From Candidatus Poribacteria bacterium (lineage in GTDB: Bacteria > Poribacteria > WGA-4E > PCPOR2b): a DNA stretch of 64,000 nucleotides. This document shows, piece after piece, positions 9,054 to 18,642 of the stretch; position 1 is the stretch's first letter; every line of letters starts with the position of its first letter. The stretch spans positions 4,640,001 to 4,704,000 of the forward strand of contig OZ244587.1 in NCBI GenBank assembly GCA_965218095.1, given 5' to 3'. Position numbers and translations under genes: made by a program. The notes below the pieces were generated by a model that saw only the letters and a list, made by a program, of their open reading frames with translations, was not told the origin of the DNA and made no database searches.

Positions 9054-10025
9054 TTAGGGTGTAAGTGCGCAGCGAAAACCAACGTTGTTGCGCGTGTCCG
9101 TTGGGTCGCGGCTGTTGCGGCTCGCCACGCGCAAGTGACGAAAATGGAGGTTCCAACTCCCGCCGCGAAGGACGCGCACTGTATTAACACTTGTGAAACT
9201 ATTGTTCATAAAAGATATTAGCCCGCCTGCAATCGGGTTCTCCTTCGGACTGTTCGCATAAAAGCCTGACTGGTACTCATCCATGCACCACTCCCAGACG
9301 TTCCCCGCCATGTCGTGCAAGCCATAGCCGTTGGGTGGGAAGCTGCCGACGGGAGAAGTTCGTTCCCACTGCTTGGCTCCCTCTGCGCCGAGATAATTGG
9401 CGTTATCCTGAGAGATCTCATTGCCCCACGGATACCGCTTACCGTCTAATCCACCACGAGCGGCTTTCTCCCACTCTGCTTCGGTGGGCAGGCGTTTCTC
9501 CGCCCACTGGGCATAAGCAGCGGCGCCATACCAGCTCACCTTAGTTACCGGATGATCCGCGAAGCCCGCCTTCGGGCGATACTCTCCGTAAACCAATTTA
9601 ATCAACGCGTTTGCGTCGTCAACCTCCAACCATTCTTTTCCATCATCCCCCACATGCTGACTGACAGCATTGAGGAACTTCGCGTACTGGGCGTTGGTCA
9701 CTTCGTAAACGTCGAGGTAGAAATCGTCGAGATAGACGGAATGTCGAGGCACTTCATCTTCAAAAGATGAACGTTGAACTGCAAAGAAAGCAAAGTCAAG
9801 CACTAATTGATCAGCCTCTGCTTCGGTAGTTCCCATCTCAAACTCCCCGGCGGGGATGAGCTGCATCGTCGCGGTCGCGTCATCCTTTTCGGTGATAATT
9901 TCTTCCGGGTTCTGAGGTGGCGTATCTTCTTCAGTCAATAGGTCGGGTGTATCGTTAGCACAGCCCGTCAATAAAAGGCAGGGCAAGGAAAAGGCGCATA
10001 TTGAGATGACTGTAAATTTCCACAT
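9054..10025 (-). CDS. FGE/SUMF1-fold lipoprotein without PKD domain (copy E)
   Basis: Lipobox LTGC; RLPTEAEWEKAARG, GNVWEW, RGGSW...GFRC. Confidence 0.9.
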   Translation of the reverse strand: MWKFTVISICAFSLPCLLLTGCANDTPDLLTEEDTPPQNPEEIITEKDDATATMQLIPAGEFEMGTTEAEADQLVLDFAFFAVQRSSFEDEVPRHSVYLDDFYLDVYEVTNAQYAKFLNAVSQHVGDDGKEWLEVDDANALIKLVYGEYRPKAGFADHPVTKVSWYGAAAYAQWAEKRLPTEAEWEKAARGGLDGKRYPWGNEISQDNANYLGAEGAKQWERTSPVGSFPPNGYGLHDMAGNVWEWCMDEYQSGFYANSPKENPIAGGLISFMNNSFTSVNTVRVLRGGSWNLHFRHLRVASRNSRDPTDTRNNVGFRCALTP

Positions 10026-10288
10026 TGATTCGAACTCCTTAAAGGTTGGAAGTAATCATAACAGATGCCGGTTGAGTCGCGTACTAGGGCTGGATTGAGC
10101 GGTGAATTGGTAGGCAAAACCATATCGAAACAAGTATCGAACAGTTTTTCAACTTTGTTGCTTTCAGCCCCCTTCACCTCTTCGACTGTACTATTGCTAA
10201 ATCCGTGAGAAAATCCGTTTGGCGGCCCTCGATGCCCTGCCGCGTCGTTCAGCGATACAAGCTCTTCATCAGTCCTGAACGATTACGA

Positions 10289-12196
10289 TTAGATAAACCG
10301 ATTAAGCAGATTTCTGCCGAGAAGCGTTCCCAACAAGCCCCAGAAGCTCACCATGACGAAGTCCCCCAGAACAAGACCGATGAAAAATACGCTTGCCCTG
10401 CGATGAAGGGCTAACCCACCAAATTTCAAGATAATCCATTTTAAGAGCCAGCTTATGAATATCGAAAACCAGAGGATTCCAGACGACGGCCAGGGCCCGC
10501 CGAGAAGATATCCCATCGGGTGGAACGGCCACCAGATAAAGACGCGGTGCATAAAAAGTAAAAAGAACCCGATAAAGGCGCCAAACCCCATTGTAACCAG
10601 GGAAAGGACATCCGCGGGCTGGGGGTAGAGAAGCCGGTTCGTCAGCATATTGAATATGCTCCACTGGTCGCTGCCGGCATGGGGACCGCCCTTTATCTGA
10701 TATGAAGAATGGAGTACCGCCCAGCATGCGGCAAACGTGCCGATGATAATCGCCAGAACCATCCCCCAAATCAACATTTTATCTATCTTGAGCCGCATCC
10801 GCTCGGCCATCTTAAACGTCTCCAGTTGATAAGGTTGTGGGTTGCCCCTGTGACCACTGGTCAGAAAATAGAGAAAGGGAAACAGCGTCAAACTCTTGGG
10901 GCCAATCCGGCGAGTTCCCACAGCTGCCACCACGATGAGATCACTCCAGAGCCCCTCATGCATCGGATAGCCGACCTCCGCTCGGATGCGCGTGACAACC
11001 AGCGAAATGGCGAAGAAAATCAGGAAGAACATCGCAGCTACCCAGACTTTCATCCCCGCATAGGAAAGAAACCCCACCAGATATCCGAAGCTCAGGAGAA
11101 GCCCTAAAACCGCCCATCTATACCCCTTTAACTCAGCGGCGTCTCCCTCAGTATGACCGAAAAAGCTTCTTAGGATCTTCAACGCCTGAAACCGATACAT
11201 CCAGAGGGAAAAAAGCAGGATGGCAGCGGAAGTGCCGACGGCCTGTTCCCATTCGAACGGAAATCCCTGCAAGGCCCCCACCCCTGTGAGCCTTCCCAGT
11301 ACCCGCTCAAAACGCCAGACCCAATAGAAAAACCACATGGAGAAGGACATCTCCAGCGGCATGAAATAAGCTAAACCAATCACAAAGGGATGAAAAGCTC
11401 CGCTAACCCCGCCAAGGGCGTCCCATGGCCGGGTCGTGAAGTATTGACTCAACGAGAACCCCTCAACGAGGATGCCCGGAACATTCGGGTAGAGATAGTG
11501 AAAGCCGTTTATCAAGGTCCTCCCGGCGGCGAGGGCAAACCCTATCCATAAAAGCCCGCTCTTGAACAGCCCTGCGCCTTTGTCTATCATCTCCAGAGGG
11601 ATTTGCGTCAGCGGATAGGAGAGTCTTTCATGCTCTATCCATTGACGACGCACCAGAATCGTTGTGCAGAGCATAAATAACACCGCCGCTATGGTCACCA
11701 TAGCCCATGCGATGGAAGGGATGAGCCATGTCCTTATATATTCCTTCACGTAGAGGGTGCTTTCACCTGTGTAATATCCATCGAGGACCAACTTATCGCT
11801 GACCACGAGCCATCTGGGGATGTAGGGATGAAAAAGCTTCCACTCGTTTTCCGGCGTCGCGTAATAGAAGGCATGCCCCAGCCCAGGATAGAGATGTTGA
11901 AGCATGTCATGCCCGGCGAGTCCAGATGAGATGGATAACATCGCATGCAGGAGCAGCATCTCCGTCTTGGTCAGGGCAACCGAAGGGAGAAACCGCTTGA
12001 GGGGGATGTTCAGGAAGCACAGGACGAAGAGGATTGAGACAACGTTCATGAAGAGGGAGAAACGGGTGAAATTCACCCCGTATCCGAGATAACCCGTATG
12101 TATCACCCACAGGGTGTTCAACGGCATAAGGATCAGGGTGAAAAAAATGAGTTTTATCGTTGTAAAGGAACCCGCTCTATGTCTCTTTTTATCCAA
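10289..12196 (-). CDS. Polytopic membrane protein, probable transporter (DUF6785/DUF6784-like)
   Basis: 635 aa with many TM segments; RRQW...E.L.YPL, RIRAE.G and WWPFHP.GY motifs. Confidence 0.7.
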   Translation of the reverse strand: MDKKRHRAGSFTTIKLIFFTLILMPLNTLWVIHTGYLGYGVNFTRFSLFMNVVSILFVLCFLNIPLKRFLPSVALTKTEMLLLHAMLSISSGLAGHDMLQHLYPGLGHAFYYATPENEWKLFHPYIPRWLVVSDKLVLDGYYTGESTLYVKEYIRTWLIPSIAWAMVTIAAVLFMLCTTILVRRQWIEHERLSYPLTQIPLEMIDKGAGLFKSGLLWIGFALAAGRTLINGFHYLYPNVPGILVEGFSLSQYFTTRPWDALGGVSGAFHPFVIGLAYFMPLEMSFSMWFFYWVWRFERVLGRLTGVGALQGFPFEWEQAVGTSAAILLFSLWMYRFQALKILRSFFGHTEGDAAELKGYRWAVLGLLLSFGYLVGFLSYAGMKVWVAAMFFLIFFAISLVVTRIRAEVGYPMHEGLWSDLIVVAAVGTRRIGPKSLTLFPFLYFLTSGHRGNPQPYQLETFKMAERMRLKIDKMLIWGMVLAIIIGTFAACWAVLHSSYQIKGGPHAGSDQWSIFNMLTNRLLYPQPADVLSLVTMGFGAFIGFFLLFMHRVFIWWPFHPMGYLLGGPWPSSGILWFSIFISWLLKWIILKFGGLALHRRASVFFIGLVLGDFVMVSFWGLLGTLLGRNLLNRFI

Positions 12197-12347
12197 TGGT
12201 CTCCCACCTTCTCATTCACACCAAACATCATCGTATTTCAACAAGGCTTCCCATATGCTTTCAAATACGCCGGCTTGGACCCACCGCCGAAAACGGTGCG
12301 TACCGTTGAGCTTGGGACATTAGTCTTTAGCACTACAACGAAATTTT

Positions 12348-12382
12348 TGTAGGAGAACAAGCTGCTAGCTTGTTCTCCTACA
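12348..12382. repeat. GTAG-type REP hairpin
   Basis: tgtaggagaacaagc-tgcta-gcttgttctcctaca, 15-bp stem. Confidence 0.7.
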
Positions 12383-12421
12383 GCGCGGATCTTGGAAGAT
12401 AACCGCGCGGCTCAAGGAACG

Positions 12422-14281
12422 CTAATACCAGTTGAGACTCTCGTTAGAGACAAATCGCCTCACCTTTCGCCAGCGGGGGTTGTCGTCACGATAGTGCTGG
12501 CGCTGATAGAGCGGACAGTACTTCCCTGGCGGATCAATTGCCACGACCTCATTCCCCTTGCGCACCACGACATATCGACGCTTCTCCACGTGCACCTCCT
12601 CCGTTTGTTCAGCGATGGGGAATGTCACTGTGGCTATGTTCCCCGGATGCAGACTGCCGACTTGAGCATATCGACCATCCCATCCGATGTTCCGGTCGGC
12701 GCCGTTCACTTGGACGCGTGTGTCTTTGGGTGTGACCCACTCCGGAATGCGAACGGACAGATCCACCGATTGCTTCGCCTTTATCTCCACACGCCCTTGA
12801 TAAGGAATATAGCTGTCGATATCCGCCCACCTCGAAGCCCGGTTCAGAAGCAAGTTTACTTTGAGCTTGCCATCCTTGTAGGTGAGGGTACGGTCCCAAA
12901 TAAGATACAAGGCACGCGCCCCATTTGCTGTACAGCAGTGCATGATACCGGCACCATTGCCGACATACCAATCGTTGGCGGCAGGCCAGCCCGCGAAGGC
13001 GCCCAAATTGCACTCCCCCACCCGATCAGTGGACTGAAAGGTGGCATCCATCTGACTCGGAATGGCATGACGCGGTTGGGGCTTGGTCCAGCCCGCCTCG
13101 GGCAAACGGTTAATCCAGTCTGTTCTGAGCAACTGCCCCTCGGCAAACATATTGCGCACCCACCGGTCAGCTTCATCCCAGTAGTCACCTACCCCTTCCT
13201 CGCTAAGTCGTAAGGCGAGCGAGATCATGTCGGAGACCTCACAGATCTCGGACGTCTGGTATTCTGGACTGTTGGCAAACTCCGGAAAATAGCCAAGCAG
13301 CGTATTACCTTGGGTCTTAGCATATTCATAGCTCTTCAGCACAAACTCCATCAGTTCTTGGTCATTTGTGACCAGCGAATACTCCATCATTGACAGGAGA
13401 CCGTGGGTGTGGGCGTGAAAGTGAGCATTCATCGGAGTGTTCGGCAGACAAAGGTAGGTACCGTCAGGGGTGAAAAAGTTCTCAACTTGGTAAGTAATCA
13501 ACTTACGAGCCAGCGCCAGGGCAGGTTCATAGTCGATTTGTTTGTAGGCGTGCACTAAACCAAGGGGAACTCGCGAGCTTTCCGCGTCGTGGCGGTGACT
13601 CACCGGTGGTGAAACATCCGTTGGATGCGTCTTCTCGCCGCACAAAGGGCTTGGCCAGAAGTAGGCACCGTGCCCATCGTCCACAGCCAGCTCGATAAGG
13701 CCATCCACCAAACGGCGGATCGCCTCTTTCCACATCGTGCCGCTATCGCGTATGGAATACAGTGACATCGTGCTCAGCGTCCGACCATTGGTGAAAGGAT
13801 GAATCCATTGATCAACATCAGCTAATCGGTGAACCCAGGGGTCGGAATTTCTGTGATAGGCCCAAGGGCGGCCCCTCACAGGAATGTAGATAAGTCCATC
13901 GGGCCCTTGCTGTTTTAGCATTATCTCCATCCAGCGACGTTCTACGTGAAGGTTCTGTTCACTGCCACTCATCATTCGCATCAAGGACAGAGCCTCTTGA
14001 AATTTGGGCGTAATCGAATGGTCGACCCAGTTATTCTCCATCATAGGGGGAGTGCTGCGGAAAAAGACCAACCAGTAGATCTCATAGTCTGCCAGAGGGT
14101 TGGTAGGTTCAGTCATACCATGGACAGCTAAAGTCGCTCGTTCAGCCAGATCCAACGTGTCAGGTACCAGTACTTCGTAACTCTCGCCGCGATAAGATGG
14201 CAAATCAAACACGGGTATCTCCGACCGAATGTAACCAATGGGATCACCCGGCTTCCAGTTTTGATTATAGTTTGTAGACAT
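12422..14281 (-). CDS. GH127/GH146-like (beta-L-arabinofuranosidase-like) glycoside hydrolase
   Basis: E.CE..DM and HCCTANG Cys motifs; C-terminal PYQG.V..RIPEW; paralog of the 18643 and 61384 genes. Confidence 0.65.
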   Translation of the reverse strand: MSTNYNQNWKPGDPIGYIRSEIPVFDLPSYRGESYEVLVPDTLDLAERATLAVHGMTEPTNPLADYEIYWLVFFRSTPPMMENNWVDHSITPKFQEALSLMRMMSGSEQNLHVERRWMEIMLKQQGPDGLIYIPVRGRPWAYHRNSDPWVHRLADVDQWIHPFTNGRTLSTMSLYSIRDSGTMWKEAIRRLVDGLIELAVDDGHGAYFWPSPLCGEKTHPTDVSPPVSHRHDAESSRVPLGLVHAYKQIDYEPALALARKLITYQVENFFTPDGTYLCLPNTPMNAHFHAHTHGLLSMMEYSLVTNDQELMEFVLKSYEYAKTQGNTLLGYFPEFANSPEYQTSEICEVSDMISLALRLSEEGVGDYWDEADRWVRNMFAEGQLLRTDWINRLPEAGWTKPQPRHAIPSQMDATFQSTDRVGECNLGAFAGWPAANDWYVGNGAGIMHCCTANGARALYLIWDRTLTYKDGKLKVNLLLNRASRWADIDSYIPYQGRVEIKAKQSVDLSVRIPEWVTPKDTRVQVNGADRNIGWDGRYAQVGSLHPGNIATVTFPIAEQTEEVHVEKRRYVVVRKGNEVVAIDPPGKYCPLYQRQHYRDDNPRWRKVRRFVSNESLNWY

Positions 14282-14517
14282 CTGCTTCCTCCTATAAGAA
14301 AAGTGAAAAGTCAGAAACAAGGAGAACAAGGGACTACCCCCGATAAATCAGGGTAGAGCCTGGTCTCGCATAGCGGACTCCGAGAATCGGAGAGCGTTGC
14401 CCTCCCGGGGGGGGGTAGCAAACCATCAATCTTCACGTATGTTTCATAGACAACCTGGACGGTTATACTCATGTAGGTTATTATTTGTGAATTTCTATGT
14501 GAAGAGATATCGCATCC

Positions 14518-14595
14518 AGGAAGAAAGGGAAGGAGGAGAAGGAATGGAAGAAAGGCGAAATTCCTTCCTTTCCCTCCATTCTTCCTTTCCTTCCA
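14518..14595. repeat. Purine/pyrimidine imperfect inverted repeat made of short tandem units
   Basis: ggaagaaagggaagg...ggaatggaagaaagg / ccttcctttccctccattcttcctttccttcc; similar tract at 21743-21803. Confidence 0.6.
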
Positions 14596-14626
14596 AACTT
14601 GAAATTATAAGTTCACATTTCTCGTT

Positions 14627-15646
14627 TTACGGCTCTTCAGGCTTACCCTCATCGGATTCGGGTTGAGGGGCGGAATCATCAGTAGCAGGAGGTTCGCCTT
14701 CTGATTCCTCCTCTGCCTTCGGTGTTTCGGGGATTCGATCTGGGAAGGTTTGAACCTTCGCCCGCTCGTGGAGCCGCATTAGCCACTCGTTCATGAGGTT
14801 TTCACGCTTTTGACGTTCAGCGCCGCTTTCCACATTTCGGCGGACACGGTCTTCTTCAAGCGTCCGTTGGCGTGCTTCTTTGTGTTCCTCCTTACGGAAG
14901 ATCATGTAATATTGCACCTCTCGGATTTCGATGGACAGGATCTCCTCGGCCATTTGACCGGCTTCCAGAGCAAACGCCGCATCAGCGAAAGCTTTTGCCC
15001 TCGCAGCATAGGCAGAATGACTGAAAAAGCCGGTGTCGCCCGGATTTTTGGGATTTGCCGCAGGTCCCGCCGTCAATTCTCCTCCATCCGATAGTTCTTT
15101 GGCAACTTTCTTGATGTCCTCCCCATTCTTGATCCGCTGGAAGATTTCATTCGCTCGCTCTTCGTCCGCGAGGGTAATGCATGTCAGGCGCACCTGCTCT
15201 GCCTCGATATAATCGCTCTTATTCTCTTCATAGTAAAGCCGGTAGTCTTCCTCGGTCAACTTGAGTTTTTGATCAACTTCCTGTCCTGTGATTCTATCAA
15301 TCATCAGTTCGTGAAAGTACTCCTGCACATTCTTCAGGATTTCGGGATCTTCATCAAGCTTCTTCTCTTTGGCAAGGAAGAGGATCAAACGACTCTCTGC
15401 CATGAGGTTTATGTATTCCTCAAGTCCCGCTTTATCTTGATACTGTGGTTGCTTGTACTCAGGAAGTTCGCTAATCTCCTGTTGCAGCTCTTCAAGCGTG
15501 ATATGGTGTTTCCCGTTCCATTCAAACTCAACAACTACAGTTCCATCAGCCCCGGTTGCCTTTCCACCACAGCCGTTGAAAGAGATGCCAGCGACAGCGG
15601 CGCTGAATAAGATGAAACTCATGATTCCTAATGTCTTCATAGTCAT
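14627..15646 (-). CDS. Parvulin/PrsA-like peptidyl-prolyl isomerase/foldase lipoprotein
   Basis: Lipobox FNGC; YYEENK..Y..EQVRL, F..AAFAL..G; helical SurA-like N-domain. Confidence 0.75.
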   Translation of the reverse strand: MTMKTLGIMSFILFSAAVAGISFNGCGGKATGADGTVVVEFEWNGKHHITLEELQQEISELPEYKQPQYQDKAGLEEYINLMAESRLILFLAKEKKLDEDPEILKNVQEYFHELMIDRITGQEVDQKLKLTEEDYRLYYEENKSDYIEAEQVRLTCITLADEERANEIFQRIKNGEDIKKVAKELSDGGELTAGPAANPKNPGDTGFFSHSAYAARAKAFADAAFALEAGQMAEEILSIEIREVQYYMIFRKEEHKEARQRTLEEDRVRRNVESGAERQKRENLMNEWLMRLHERAKVQTFPDRIPETPKAEEESEGEPPATDDSAPQPESDEGKPEEP

Positions 15647-15907
15647 ACCTCCTTAGATTTTGAGTGGTGCGTGAAAAGCCTTATGTATACTGCGATTTGA
15701 CTTTGTTACATTTGCCCTCCGGCCCCCAATTCTGAGGGAGTTTGTGCGATTCTCCCTCCAGCATTGGGGGGCCGGGGGAGGGCAAGCTGCCAGTGGATTG
15801 GCCGATGAGCCCTCATACAAAGTCAAGATAAATTACACTTTCGCAAAGTCGCAACGATATCAGTTCTGACCTGCAGCAATATATTACGCATGAGGTTTTA
15901 CGTTTCG

Positions 15908-16864
15908 CTATTCCTCAGATTTTTCCTTTTTGGCATCTTCCTCCGCTGGTGGAGGCACCGGAATGCGGTCTGGATAAACCTTGATCTTACCTTTCCTTAT
16001 GATCCCTTCTACCCATTCCTTGAGGCGTTCTCGTTTCTTCTCTTTTGCCACGTCCCACTCAATATTCTCCTTAACCTCTTCAAAAGGTTGTTGGCGCTTA
16101 GGTTTGTACTCTTCCTTGCGGAAGAACACATAATAGGTCTCATCCTCGATTTCGACTTCAAAAACGCGGTCAGGTATTTCGCCAATCTCCGCTTCAAAGA
16201 CTGCGTCGACAAACTCCTGCCAATGCGGGTAAGCATTTCGGGTAAAGAAGGCCGTATCACTCGGATCGGTCGGGTTGGGGCCTGGCAGAGCCAGTTTTCC
16301 TTTTCTCGAAAGTTCCTCCGCCATGTCAATGATGTCTTTACCTCCCTTAATCTGCTCTAATACTTCATACGCGAAATCTTCATCGGTGAGTGAGATGGAG
16401 GTTGCCCGCGCTTTGGCCTTCTGCACAAACTCGTCTTTGTGCACCTCGTAATACGCCCGGAGCTCCGCGTCCGTAACGGAAATCTTCTCATCAACTTCAA
16501 TTTCTGTCAAGCGCTCGATCATAAGTGTGTGTTTATAGTTTTCTACTTTTTTGAGCAATTCCTCGTTTTTATCGAATCCCGCATCAGCAGCCGCGAGGCG
16601 TTTTAGCTTTTCGTTGATGGATTCCTCAAGATATGTTACTTTATCTTTTTTGGATTCGTATTTTGATCGGCGGTAATCCGGCTCATCTGCAATCATTGCG
16701 TTGAGCGCTGCAAGCGGAATCTTTTGCGTGCCGTTCCACTCGTATTGAGCCACAATAATCTGGCTTTCATCCATAGGCCCGGCGGCATTTTGCGACTGGA
16801 CAATCTGCCAACCCATTAAACCGATTGCCGCAATCGCGACGAGAACTATCAATGTTTTTTTCAT
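15908..16864 (-). CDS. Parvulin/PrsA-like foldase (paralog)
   Basis: Signal peptide; YYE.HKDEF, EFVDAVF...IGEI, FEEVKE.I. Confidence 0.75.
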   Translation of the reverse strand: MKKTLIVLVAIAAIGLMGWQIVQSQNAAGPMDESQIIVAQYEWNGTQKIPLAALNAMIADEPDYRRSKYESKKDKVTYLEESINEKLKRLAAADAGFDKNEELLKKVENYKHTLMIERLTEIEVDEKISVTDAELRAYYEVHKDEFVQKAKARATSISLTDEDFAYEVLEQIKGGKDIIDMAEELSRKGKLALPGPNPTDPSDTAFFTRNAYPHWQEFVDAVFEAEIGEIPDRVFEVEIEDETYYVFFRKEEYKPKRQQPFEEVKENIEWDVAKEKKRERLKEWVEGIIRKGKIKVYPDRIPVPPPAEEDAKKEKSEE

Positions 16865-17008
16865 TGTGTGTTTCTCCTTCCTGATTCACATAAAAAGCGA
16901 AAATACTGTTTTCGCGGTCAGTTAGGGTGGGTTAGCTTGAGGGAACGCTTTGGGGGTGATCCCTCCGATATTCAATAGAAGTACCGAGAATCCTTAACCA
17001 GTGTCATT

Positions 17009-18496
17009 CTACTCAAGCGCCCCGATTTTTGCAGTTTCTGGCGCTTTGGTCGGCAGCTTCTGCTTTGCCATCCGATCTTCTGGCACATAACCGGAGTAAT
17101 CTGAAATTGAACCGTGTGTCAGTGCGTAGACCGCGACATTGGTCATGAAACGATAGACGCCGGGGGAGTAATGCACGCCCCGGGTGGGTAAACTGACCGA
17201 CTCCATCGCACACATATAGTCACGACGGACCATCAGGACTGAAAGTTTTTCGCCAACGGAAACGCCTTCAAGGAAATTCCGCTTGTTCTCTCTGAATCGC
17301 AAACCCCAGAAATGGGCAAAACCGACCGGTGGTCCACCCATCTCATAGAAGTTATCGTAGACTTCGTGGTCGTTGGGAACACGCTGAACCTGATATTCGG
17401 GCATCACATATCGCATCTGAGCGAGGAACAAGCGGGTTATGCCGTGGGCCGCCGCGTTTATACCGCAGTCGTCAAAGACGAAGAAACCACCTCTTTCAAC
17501 GAAATACCGCCGCAATGCAGCGGCCTCCGCCTCGGTAAATTTGTTACCTATCTTTTGACCGCCGCCACCGCCGCCGCGTCTAATCAAGTTCTGCCCCTTG
17601 GCCATTGCGGGATCATGGCCTGTCATGAAGATTAACGGGCATTTCTGCAAGTTGGCGTCAGTCAATTTCAACGCGCCGCCTTGAACATTCATGTCCGTTT
17701 TGATCTGCGTTCGGTGATTGAGCCAGTTGGTAAATGCGTTCAGTGAAGACGCATCCGCCCACCAGTCAGAAAGAGTGTGGCGCACGCGCGTGAAGCGGAA
17801 TACACCTCGAATGTCACGACCTTTACCGATGACTCGACCGCCCGGTTCGCCGCGTGGCAGCGGCGGCACTTCAACGTTACCCAGCATGATGTTCTCAACC
17901 ACATCACTCAAGGCGTCGCGAGCGGCTCCTACATGCTCAACCATCGCAAGCCCCGCCGGACGCTTGAAAGCAACCTTCACCTGCACAAGACCGCCCATAC
18001 CACGACCGATGTTCGCCGGCGCGGCGCTTGGAGCCGTTGCAACAGGGGCAGAAAATGCCAACGCACCGGGCGCATCAGAAACGGGCAGGTCAGCGTGCGT
18101 TACCACTTGAGGCACCGGAACATTGGGGTTGACTACTTTCGGAACGTTTGGATTGATAGGTGCATCCAGTTTAACAACTTTATTCGAGAATTCAAGCACA
18201 GTTTGCGGTTGGACTGCGGTCGGACGAACGACAGCCGCCGTCGTCACTCGCGGTTGGACTTGAACTTGCTCAACAACGACGGTACTCGTGGTCGGAACCG
18301 TTGGCTTGACAACCGGTTTGATAACCGGTTTGCGAACCTGGGGTTTGGGGGGATCCTTCGCTTTTAGGACCTCAGCGCCCACTAAATCTTTGAACTGTTG
18401 GGTTTGGGTGACGAGATAGATACCGGCGATAAAGGCAATCACGCCGTGAAGAATCAACGAGATCATCAAAGCTCCTGAAGTTTGCTTGACACTCAT
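17009..18496 (-). CDS. DUF4159-domain protein with N-terminal TM anchor and Pro/Val-rich linker
   Basis: SLILHG TM; PLIFMTGH, LRRY...GGF..FDDC, DHEVY..FY. Confidence 0.75.
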   Translation of the reverse strand: MSVKQTSGALMISLILHGVIAFIAGIYLVTQTQQFKDLVGAEVLKAKDPPKPQVRKPVIKPVVKPTVPTTSTVVVEQVQVQPRVTTAAVVRPTAVQPQTVLEFSNKVVKLDAPINPNVPKVVNPNVPVPQVVTHADLPVSDAPGALAFSAPVATAPSAAPANIGRGMGGLVQVKVAFKRPAGLAMVEHVGAARDALSDVVENIMLGNVEVPPLPRGEPGGRVIGKGRDIRGVFRFTRVRHTLSDWWADASSLNAFTNWLNHRTQIKTDMNVQGGALKLTDANLQKCPLIFMTGHDPAMAKGQNLIRRGGGGGGQKIGNKFTEAEAAALRRYFVERGGFFVFDDCGINAAAHGITRLFLAQMRYVMPEYQVQRVPNDHEVYDNFYEMGGPPVGFAHFWGLRFRENKRNFLEGVSVGEKLSVLMVRRDYMCAMESVSLPTRGVHYSPGVYRFMTNVAVYALTHGSISDYSGYVPEDRMAKQKLPTKAPETAKIGALE

Positions 18497-18642
18497 TTGT
18501 TACCTCCAAAATTATTATGATTTGCATTAGCAATTGGACACCCCGTTGCATTATCTTGCAGGGGAAACCAAAGTCTGTTTACTATCCTAGGCGAACTATT
18601 TAACTAACTCCAGGGTTCAAGGGCGAGCAGTCAGGCGCCTCC

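Noticed and set aside
757-10025. True formylglycine-generating enzymes
   Set aside because: They lack the catalytic Cys pair after RGGS and are lipoproteins; no sulfatase lies nearby.
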